This document shows positions 21,511 through 31,717 of a stretch of DNA of 64,000 nucleotides, one piece after another. The position numbers and the translations under genes are program-made. How positions within the stretch are numbered: the first letter of the stretch is position 1; each line of letters begins with the position of its first letter. The DNA comes from Picochlorum sp. SENEW3 (Eukaryota): NCBI GenBank assembly GCA_034226945.1, contig CP120456.1:930001-994000 (forward strand), read 5' to 3'. The notes beneath the pieces were generated by a model. It searched no databases. It saw nothing but the letters and a program-made list of their open reading frames with translations, and was not told the DNA's origin.

Positions 21511-22770
21511 ATGGAAAAAGGGTTCGTTAATCAAGGTCCTACCGTCGCAACATCGACGCCTGGAGGGGAGGCTCCCCACATGGAGTGTGATGACCCAACA
21601 GGGTCCAGACCTACAGGAGACCACAGGAAAGAGGCAAAATTCAGGACTGAAAAGTTAGGTCTGTATAGAAAAACACGGGGAAAACAGAGTAAATACGCGC
21701 AAGAAGTGAGGAAGGTGATAAAACCTGGATCTCTGGGCGGGTATCAAGACCACAACCGAAAGAACAAGGGACAGTGGAGGGGTATTGCTCGCATATCCAG
21801 AATCAAAGAGCTTCTGTATGACACGGCCACGATGGTGGGCCACATATCCGTCGAAGCCACCCAAGCTGCTCACTACCACGTGTACCGATGCCTCGAGGAA
21901 GGTATTGATCTGGGGAAGATGGATTACAACAATTTTTGGAGCTACATCTTTGATGCCATCAAAGACCTCAGGTATGGGGACGGCCTCAAACAGGACATCA
22001 GGACACCCCTGTACGACTCGCTCCGACAGTATGCAGAAGAGGCTCCACTACCTCAGGCAGGCGAGTCTCTGAGATGGGACGTTGACGGTCACACGGCCTG
22101 GCGTCGGCATTGCCTCAAAGCTGCGGCGGATGCAAAGGCTCAGAATTTGCACATTATTCTGCACCACAATGCGTATCACAACCTTTGCAAGATTGTCAAG
22201 GTTCGGCTTGCACGCACCTTTGGGGCACGGTATGCGGATGACTTTCGTTCTTTGGTGTCTGCCGTTGCCGCCGCTGTGTGGGAGGACGTGGATTTCCGTG
22301 ATGTGAAGGAAGGGTATGACAGATTGAAGAATCTAACCGAGGAAGAGGTCCGAGACATCCAGGAGGCGATCGTCAACCCTATTCGAGAGAAATTTCCGGA
22401 TCAGGAAGGCCGAAAGGAAAACGCCAAGATGATAGAATTCGTGCACTTCGTTGCGGGCGAGGTGATGGAATACAACCGCCATCGTTCTGAGCAGTCCGGC
22501 CCCGGGAGCCCACCGCAGGCCATCGAGTTAGTGAATGTGTGTGTGGGAGAAAAACTGGCGGTGGCCATCGAGCGAGATTTGAGGAAAGGGTCGCTCACCA
22601 AGAAGGCGTTTGTCCACCACGTGAAGCATGCGCTTGACATATTCCGACAGTGTTCTGGTCCAGACGTGTTCACCACCCGTACAGACCAGGGACTCCGGGA
22701 TGGGGACAACGGACAACGTTTCGTGGACCGAAACGACAGGTATCGGGGGCAAAGGATGTGGGGTATTATT
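21511..22770 (+). pseudogene. Fanzor1-like RNA-guided nuclease, N-terminal (WED/REC) half only, truncated before RuvC
   Basis: RIKELLYDTATMVGHISVEATQAAHYHVYRCLEEGIDLGKMDYNNFWSYIFDAI and HCLKAAADAKAQNLHIILHHNAYHNLCKIVKVRL follow the Fanzor1 REC pattern; similarity ends at RMWGII (about 22770), after which the ORF is antisense of another gene; no RuvC motifs. Confidence 0.65.
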
Positions 22771-23785
22771 TCAATCTGTGCCCAGGCTTCAGCTTTCCTT
22801 CTTTCAAAATGTCTTTGTCGCATGATATCCCGAATTCTCGGTGGAGATCTCCCGTCTCTGCGTCGATATGTTCCCGTTCTTGTAGAATCATACCCCAAAC
22901 ACCATCTTTCCTCCTAATGACACTTTGCCCACATTCATACGAAGGACGACCCTCACGCGTAGGTCTTCTCTGCCAGGGATACTCACTCAAATTTTGAGGA
23001 TTTAAATATTCTTTTTCAATACTGCATCGATCCCTCGGAATCGTATGCTGCATATAATGGTCTGAAAGAACTTAGATGCCAGTGTGAGTCAAAACCTGCT
23101 CTTCTTCTTTGCTCAAAGAAACAAGGAAGAACTCGCAGACAGGTACGCCTCGATCAAGTGTATTCATGTCAGGGTCTTTGAGGACGAAAATACACATCCC
23201 AACAAGGTCTGCAACGTCATCGTCAAACAACAAGATCGGCATATCTTGCTTCATCACTAACAGGTGGAATTGCATCAAGTCCTTGGCATACTTGGGCACT
23301 GACTTCGGCATGGTTGCGGGCTCATCAACCTCATATATATTCAATATACAAGGAAACGAAATCACACTGGAAGGCAGCGATAAAGCAGATGGGCACGCGA
23401 CAATATATGGCCTGGTACGCAGCGGCCAGAACCCGTTATTGAAGACCAGATATTTGCGCAGGTCTTCGTCGCGCGGTATGTCTTCGCCGCCAAACGCATA
23501 GCATATTCTTTTCAAGTAGATGATATTGGCATCGTCAAACGTCTGAATTGGAAGACGCAGTCGTCCCTGTCTCCTCAAGGACGTGTAATATCGCTCCCCA
23601 GATATCTCATACAGCTTCCCTGCCTCAACCCGTGCTCCGAGAGCCTGGTCGAAGGCATCAGTCCCGCGGCGCAGGTCCCAAAAGTCCTTTTCACATTTCT
23701 GTGGATCAAAGGGTATGATATCTAGACCTTGAAGCACTCTGCCCTGCTCCTGAGTCCACAGTGGTGGAGAGTCCTGGTCGCCCAT
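22766..23785 (-). CDS. Unknown transposon-associated protein, probably 2 exons, likely 3'-truncated
   Basis: ORFs 23785-23072 and 23053-22766 with a TTTCAG acceptor at 23062; TATA-like element near 23835; lies about 310 bp inside a CACTT-type end. Confidence 0.5.
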
Positions 23786-23929
23786 GAGTCCCGTGAAGCG
23801 TTGCCACCAGTGCGACTCTGGCGATTGATTGCCTTTATATAGCCCTTACAATTAAACAATATCTATTGCTTACTATCCATCATATGAATTTGAAAGCATA
23901 AACTCTCCGACGCTCACCCAAAATTCAAA

Positions 23930-24096
23930 TTAGTCTAAGCGGGAATGCCGCCATATTTTCAGAATGGGGTTTGGAAACACGGCGGTGATCCGGCTTATAA
24001 GCGGGAACGCCGCCGAGTTTTGGGGTTTTGGCCATTGGGCGCCACCCTCAAATACGGCGGTGATCCCGCTTATAAGCGGGAATGCCGCAGCAAGTG
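23930..24096 (-). mobile_element. Orphan CACTA-like terminus (CACTTGCTGCGG) with palindromic subterminal repeats
   Basis: Ends ...CAGCAAGTG at 24096; three AAGCGGGAA(T/C)GCCGC units, two of them within CGGCGGTGATCC(G/C)GCTTATAAGCGGGA palindromes; no partner end found. Confidence 0.5.
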
Positions 24097-24133
24097 GTAC
24101 TTTGGTAAATTTCGTGTCTGAACGATTTCTATA

Positions 24134-24660
24134 CTGGAAAAATTTTAAATTTCGTTAGGTAAATCGCATTAAAACGAATTTAGATTAAAATGAGCACATA
24201 TTCTGGGGAGTAGCCAACGAAAATTGAATAAAAGTTCCAATTTTTTTGGCAATTCCCCTGCTTGACAGTCTTTGCCTATCCAGCAACCCTTTTGACCGAT
24301 GATATTGATCGACTCATTGATCTTCTTCTTTTCCCATCAAATGTCCCTCTTGACAGGCAAATCGACTGCGACTTGCGAGTCATAAACTGCTGACTGGGGT
24401 TGCCCCTGAGCATGCTACACATCCATACCCTGCCACTCAATGATCCAGAGGATTCACAGAGCTCAAATCTCTTAGATCCTGTATGAAATGCCCTTGTTAG
24501 GTCAACCAGAACAGAGGCTGACGAAAATTGAATAAAAGAAACAAGGCATTTGAAGCTGACCAACGAAATTTGATTAATATGAAGGGGCAAAATTTCCTCG
24601 CGCTTCGCACGACGAAATTCAATATTTTAATCAATAAAACGAAATTAAAAAATTTTCCTG
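24134..24660. mobile_element. Tc1/mariner-type MITE (527 bp) with TA target duplication
   Basis: TA|CTGGAAAAATTTTAAATTTCGTT ... AACGAAATTAAAAAATTTTCCTG|TA imperfect TIR; internal ACGAAA(A)TT repeats; one end recurs at 31295-31353 and 61771-62453. Confidence 0.7.
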
Positions 24661-24675
24661 TAGTTTTCAAGGACC

Positions 24676-25701
24676 ATGGTCCTTGAAAGCAGGACGCTGC
24701 ACCATAGTGGACGCCTGGTATGGCTGGGGACAATAATATTCACATTTTTATCGCTCAACGCTTCCCTTAACCTACTGAACAAGGTATGCAGAACTGTTGA
24801 ATTGCCTAGTTCGAATTCTCCATGATATTAATCCGAGTGATAATTTATGCAGTGGACGCTAGGGCACTTTGGGCTATCCTTTCCATTAATCCTGACATCT
24901 GCTCATATGGGGTTTAGTTTCCTGGTATTATCTCCACTATCATTCGGATGGAATATACATCAGCATAAACAAATGTTGGAACAACAGTGGAGAGGTATTT
25001 TTTGCATTGGTGCATTCATGGCACTCAATATTGCACTAAATAACATCTCTCTCCTTTACATCAGCCTTTCACTGAACCAAATAATACGATCGTCAATCCC
25101 TGTGGTCACGTCATTAATAACAGTTGCTTTGGAAGGAAGGATACCTGGCAGGAGCGAGGCTTTTGCTTTGATAATTCTAACCATTGGTGTCATGCTCGCT
25201 GTTTGGGAGGGGAGTCTGTCAGGTAATCCTTTTGCAATTATGATTTGCATGATGGGCACAATATCAAATGCTTTGATGATGACTACCAGTGGTAAATTGA
25301 TGTCTGAGAAGTTGGACATCATTAGGTTGACTTTCTATACTGCTCCAATCTCTCTTGTGTGTCTTTCCCCATTTGTCATGCTGATGGAAGCCCAGCAATT
25401 CAAGCTTTATGCTACCAACGACTTCTCGGAGAAATTTTGGATTTTGTTTATTGGATGTCTTAATGCTTTGTCATATAATTTGGTGCATGCACTAGTCATT
25501 CAAAAAACCTCTGCCGTAACATCAACTGTTCTTGGCCAGATCAAGATAATTGGATTGCTTTTGGCTGCAGCAGTCATTTTAGAGGAAAGGAAAGAATTTT
25601 CTCCGAGAATGCTCACAGGGTGTTTTCTGACTTTAATTGGATTTTTTCTATACTCTCGAGTAGAGATTGCAAGGCTGAAAGCGATTCCTGCGAAATTGTA
25701 G
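24676..25701 (+). CDS. Nucleotide-sugar transporter (TPT/DMT family), 2 exons
   Basis: Exons 24676-24783 and 24853-25701 give LNLLNK-WTLGHFGLSFPLILTSAHM; NIALNNISL, NQIIRS, YTAP, TSAVTSTVLGQIK; about 10 hydrophobic segments. Confidence 0.88.
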
Positions 25702-25933
25702 ATTTGAGAGTTTTAAGTCAGTGCAAAGCTTCAGGTCAAGAGGATTTTTTTTTCCATTTAATGGCCGCCCTTAATTGATTCCAGGGTTGCAGATCGTGTC
25801 ATATTTTTGGTACGGTCAAAGGGTATCATCTCAGATCCAAGTGTCTCTCAATCCTAGATGGGCGTGATTCTCGTGGGAAGTCATCCAACCCACTGGTGAG
25901 GGTTTTTGAATTCAATTCTTTATTAGTTGAGGC

Positions 25934-28863
25934 CAGGGTTGCAGATAGTGTGATATTTTGATTTTTTATGACATTTCCCGAAATTGGTGTCATATTTCCT
26001 GGCGGAAATATGACACCAAAATATGACAAAATCTGTAAAAAGATGACACCAAAGTGGCTCAGGAATGGGATCTTCAGGGGACGACGAGGCGGGACATTCC
26101 TCTCCCCTAGAGAATAGTGAAAGTGATTTCTGCGAGATCTTGAGTGAAAAAGAAATAAAACAAAGACAGGGTAAAATAATAGAGTCCAAGGGCATCAACG
26201 ATGATACCAGGAGGGCAATTCGAGCTAACCTTGAGAGTTGGGAGGAAGCAAAGTCAAAAATGTCTTCCCAGCAGACTGAGGCCTCGAAGCGGAAGTTCAG
26301 TGGTGATCCAGACACAAGTGCAGGTTCTAGTAGAGCGGTGAAGAGTAGGAAGATTAATGTTCATTGGATGGCCGAGTTTCCTTGGCTGCGTGTGGCAGGC
26401 CAAGAACAATACTGTGAATGGTGCTCATTAGGCACAGGCAAGATGGTGATAGTCAATGCTGCAAAGAAGAAGACATTGCTAGCACAGCATCAAAAATCAT
26501 CAAAACATAACCACTTCATGATCTTTTCGAAATCAGAAAAGACATTTAAGGTCAAAAACGACACCCAGACAAAAGTCAAACAAAGCTTGCAGAATCCCAC
26601 TTCAAAGATCAAGCGTCAGAAATGTTTTCAGCTTACAAGCATCTTGTCGCATATTACCCAGTATGGTTCAGTTCATGGATTTGAGAACAATGTTGGTCGA
26701 TTAATGGCGTGGTTACCAGAGAGTGACCATGGACTGCTGAGTAAAGAGCACTCTTCAAGGCATTCTATTTGGGAGATGGTTGATGCTCTGGATAAGGTTT
26801 TGAAAGAAAAAATCCGGGAATTGATCTCTCAATCCTCTTTTATTGCACTGACAATTGATGCCAGCACAGATAATTCCACTATAGATCAAATGGACGTGGA
26901 AATGCAGGTCTGGAGAGGAGGAAGAGTCTTACATCTCTTCTTGTTCATGGCGCCAATGAAGGAAAGAACAAAGGCACATGATCAAGCAGAGCTTGTTTTC
27001 GAAGGGCTCAAGGAATTCACAGGCCTGTCTCGTGAGGATCTTGCACGAAAAGTGGTATCTATTGCCGCGGATGGATGCAGTACGATGCAAGGCAGAAAAA
27101 ATGGAGTTCTAGCTAAAATGATGAAGAGTCTGCCATTTCTGTTGCCAATGTCCTGTGCTGCACACAGAGCCAATCTTGCGTGCGAAGTTATCAGCAAGAA
27201 CAAGTCATTTGCAGAAATTTGTCAACTAGTCCAAGATGTCCGGGAATTTCGTATACGATTCACCATTGAGAATGAGGAACCTGGATGTTTCTTTTGAAGA
27301 AGTTGGACTCAAGCCAAAGAAGATAGAGCGAATAATTGATGTACGATGGATGCCTGTAGATTCATCTTTTAGATCCTTCTGTTATGGTTTGCCGGCAACC
27401 TTACGTTGTTCCAGGAAAGAATCTGCTGTGAATGTGAAAGCAGGTGAATTATTCCGAAGACTGTCTGATTTCACAACTCTCTGGGAAATATTTCTGCATC
27501 TCCCTTTGCTGCAAACACTTGGTAGGATGATGAAAAAATTCCAACAAAAGGACATTTTCTTTCAGGATATGCAGACCATTCTTGAAGATGCTTCAAGAAA
27601 CATCAAAGAGAACTATCTGGAGGAGAAATCTGCATTCAAGACCTTTGACTTTGAAATGTTATTTAGAGAGGAAGACCTCAGCAGAAGTTATATGAATGGT
27701 AACCCCTTTACAGTTGGGAAAAAATGATATGGGGGAATGGTATTGCTACTTCCATACAATGGAAGACAAGTATGTACTGAACTTTGATCGATATGACCGC
27801 GAAGTATCTCAGATTCTGGCAAATGAAAGGAGCAAGGGGCAAGTGAGAGCCGCTAGTATGTTGGATTTGTTAAACGAGGATATGGATGTTGATCTAGAAC
27901 TCGCTAAATTGCCTCCCAAAGATTGGGAGTTTCCAAACAAAGCAAATGAGAAGTTCATGAAGGTCCTGACAAGGGCTGTGGATCTGACGGAGAAGACTGC
28001 ACGGGACTTCTTGTCAGCATTGGAAGCAAGATTCCCATCTGATAAAATTCTTGACGCATGCAAAATACTCTCACCAGCGTCGTATGTTGAGGAACAACCA
28101 TCAGCTGAGAGGACAGACAGCCTGAAAGATGTCAAAAGGAAGGAATATTTGCATCGAATAGATGTGTTGCTGGAACTGTTTGGAAAGGCCAAAGACAATA
28201 TTGAACCTCCAATTGACCGACATCAGGTGAATTTTGAGATGAGAGACTTTCTGGAGATTGTTAAAGTAAGAAGTGAAGCATTCATAAATTCCTGCTGTGG
28301 GGAGAAGTCAGGCCCAATCAAATTTCTCAATTATCTGTTACAGAATGGCCTTCTTGAGAGCAAGTGTCCTGAGCTTGTAAAGCTATGTCAGTTGATTCTC
28401 ACGATACCATTCACCACAGTGGAAAATGAGCGCCGGTTTGCTCACATGAACCTCACTAAGACAAAGACAAGAACCAGGCTTGACTCCAAGCATTTGAATT
28501 CATGCCTTCGACTGAAATATATCCCTTGTGAGTTGTGGGAGGACAGCAAGATCTATAATGAAGTAATTTTACCAGCTTTTGAGGCCTGGAATTCCATGTT
28601 AAGGCGGTGTGCAGTTGAATGAACATTTTAGAATGAGTGATTTCTGTAACCTTTGGATGGATAACGTGCCGTCCGATCAAGTCGCCCTAATGAAGGGATA
28701 TTTGGATCGATCAACCCCCTGTGTAGAACTTGCCCATCAAACGTCCCCTTTGACCGTACCCAAAAATATGACAAAAACATGACGAAATATGACATTTTCG
28801 GTCAAAATCGGGCTTTAGTGGGACACCAAATATGACAAAAATATGACACTATCTGCAACCCTG
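25934..28863 (+). mobile_element. hAT DNA transposon (about 2.9 kb) with an extra TIR copy at 25782
   Basis: TIR CAGGGTTGCAGATAGTGT ... ACACTATCTGCAACCCTG; subterminal AAATATGACA repeats; no matching 8-bp TSD. Confidence 0.88.
26065..28622 (+). pseudogene. hAT transposase split over three frames
   Basis: TTF-type finger (W..EFPWL..YC..C..H....H), LTIDASTD, AADGCSTMQG, CAAH, VRW, C-terminal dimerisation motif IPFTTVENERRFAHMNLTKT; frame changes near 27270 and 27720. Confidence 0.88.
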
Positions 28864-28904
28864 ACTTAGGAGGTTTTGTATCCCTTGATAAATTTCTCAA
28901 CATT

Positions 28905-31266
28905 GTGCTCAAGAATCGGCTGACTCTGCCCATGAGTAGCTTCATCCCTGAGACACAAACGGCCTTTCTCCCTGGACGACACTCAGCGCAGAATATATGG
29001 ATTCAAGATGCGGTGCCACACCTCTTGACACACGAAAACAAATGGGCATTGGTGGGTCTGTGTGACTTCCAAAAAGCATATGATACCATTGACCGGGGTT
29101 TTCTGTTACAGATTTGCAGAGAACTCCGAATGCCAGGCTTCCTTATGGCCTGGATACAAGGTATCATGAAGCATACTAGGAACCGTGTGTATGCCGATAA
29201 CCACATATCGTCATACAAGCAGTTCCACGCGGGGATCCGACAGGGCTGTCCGGCCTCACCCATCCTCTACCTCCTCATTGGGTACATGCTCCACCTCCTC
29301 ATTGATGCCACGGACATCGGCATCACACTCCAGTGTCCATATAGAGTGGCCAAATGCCACAATGGGGACGAGCATTCGATGCATGCAAGCCCACCACCGT
29401 GACTCTAAAGTTGAGCCAATATGCAGATGATAGCAAAGTGTTTCTCGGCAGTCAAGAGCAGGTCAAGACGTTCAGGGCCTGCATGAACATATTTCATCAG
29501 GCTACTGGACAACGATTGAATCGAGATAAGACACACCTGCTGGCCATCGGCAGGATACCCTCCACACTGCCTCGTGCACTGGAGGGATTCCAATTGGTGA
29601 CAGAGGCCAAGGTGCTGGGTATCACCGTGCACCATGGGACCGCACCACCGACGGTCGACTGGGACAGCAAACTGAACAGCATGGCAACGACAGCCAAGGT
29701 CATCAAAGCTAACAGGATCTCCTGTTTTGGAAAGTTCCGATTGTGGAACACCTTTGTCATTTCGAGAATCTTGTATGCTGCAGAATTCACCAGAGTGCCA
29801 CAAGAGGTCCTGAGAGAGATCACCAAGCTCACACGAGAACTGCTGCCTGATAATGCTCGCTGCTGGAGTACGACACGAATGTCGGACCCACCACAAGAAG
29901 GAGGTCTAGGCTGCCTCAACTTTGCAGCGCATCCCCAAGCAAGACAAGCAAAATGGTGCTTGCGGCTGCTACGCGTGGGCACATCGCAACTGTGGTCGCA
30001 GCTGGTGTGGAATGCCTTCCTTCTACACCCACATGATGCTCATATTACCTCCACCCAGTGCTTGCGCGAGTGCGCATTGCCGCCAATGACGACCATCGTC
30101 GAGGGACAAGCATATCTGGTCTCGATCCCAGCGTGCATCGAGACCATCCAGGCAAACAGGACCCAGCCAGAGCAACAGACTTGGTACAGGGACGACTACC
30201 ACTGGACCATCGGCCAAAAAGCCCACCCGATGAAGAAGTATACAGTGAAGCTGGGCACTCGCTTGTTATCGATGGAAGCTGAAGGACAGCTAGAGAGGGC
30301 CGATGCCTATAACAGATGGCTGTATGCCCTCTGCGGAGCCACACAGGCTCCGGGCAGCCCCCTGATCCACCAACACCTCTGGAAGCTCCCGATGGACAAT
30401 ACGTGGAAGGAGCCGTTCTGGCATGCGTCCATGGGCGGTTTCATCCGCTCGTCGGGGTCGAAGCCATGCGCATGTGGCATGTGCGAGACACCCGACATCC
30501 TTCACCACTTCAAGCACTGCCCTGTGGCAGCAGCCGTGTACGGTCAGCTGTCGGGCGAGTTCATCCATGCAGAAAAAGTGCCGTTCCTCGTATGGACAGG
30601 AACACCTCCCCAGCATGTGCCAAAAAGTATATGGCTCTTCATCTGCGTCAGCGCGGTGTATGCCATTGACAGAGGCAGACGCTACATGTACAAATTGAAG
30701 TACCATACAGAGGGCCCAGTCCCCCAAACAGATACCATTGTCAGCAAAGGAAAGACCATCGCCGTTCAGACCTTCTGGAACCTCCTCCATCTCCACGCCA
30801 AGAAGATGCCTCAAGGCAAGCCAGAGCACGCCACCCTCCCAATTATAGCCTGGAACACCAACACCAACAGCTGGTTCCCCAAACCACCACCAGGGGTGCA
30901 ACTTGTAGGAAGCATCCATTAGCCAATAGCTATCCAAACATTCTCTCAGCGATGGAATAAGAAGCATGGCCCAGAGGTCCATGGGCTGCCAGAAGGCAAA
31001 ATCTTCCCAGTGCCTCCACAACACACTTCCAGGCTTGCCTCGTCGTGTGTGGATTCCACTTCTTCCCTTCCATCACTGAGAACGAATGGTTTGAGTCAAT
31101 TGTTTGCAATCCATCAATTATTACACCTTGGCCTAAACGAGGTGATGGTAGTGAGGATGAGTAAAGGCTCCTTCAAGGAATCGAGCCCCTCAATCCGAAT
31201 TTGAGGATTGTGCTCATCTTTCACTATGCATCACCACCGGGCATGTAAGACTGGAAAATAAAAAAA
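28905..31266 (+). mobile_element. LINE family A (L1/Tx1-type non-LTR retrotransposon), 5'-truncated
   Basis: RT motifs QTAFLPGR, DFQKAYD, GIRQGCPASP, QYADD (frameshift near 29400), GGLG, C-terminal CACG...HHFKHCP; about 340-nt 3'UTR ending GACTGGAAAATAAAAAAA. Confidence 0.92.
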
Positions 31267-31717
31267 TTAAGTAGGAGATCTTCCTTCCTACTTACATTTT
31301 AATCTAAATTCGTTTTAATGCGATTTACCTAACGAAATTTAAAATTTTTCCTGTATATAAACAATAATTGATCAAAGATCGTAGTGTTTCTGAACATAAC
31401 ACTTACAGAAAGGATGGTGGCCTCCTTAAATCCCAAAATTCTCTGAGGGGCGTATTTTATTATTTCGACGATGCCATCGAAAAGAGAGTAAGAAAATATG
31501 TCTATTGAAACAAAAATGAGGAAATTTGGTGCGATATTCGAAAAGTTATGGGGCCCTGTGTAAAATGGCTTGTGTGAAAATTTTCTGAAGTCAGGTCGAC
31601 CGCCTGTGGTACTAATTAAGGAACTTCTGGTGTCGATCACAAGGCACCCAGATCTTCCACAATAGCCTCGATTCACTGCTGTTACTTGGAAATTATTTAT
31701 ACTTTATCCGTTTATTG

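Noticed and set aside
22771..22917. Last ~48 codons of the 470-aa ORF as a real Fanzor C-terminus
   Set aside because: It is the antisense of the opposite-strand gene beyond the junction and has no RuvC motif
23930..24090. Spaced palindromic repeats as a CRISPR-like array
   Set aside because: Only 2-3 degenerate units at a transposon end in a eukaryote with no cas genes; better explained as subterminal repeats
31267..31294. LINE-A 3' flank as continuation of the LINE-B 3'UTR
   Set aside because: Similarity is weak and the stretch is explained by a local hairpin TAAGTAGGA/TCCTACTTA
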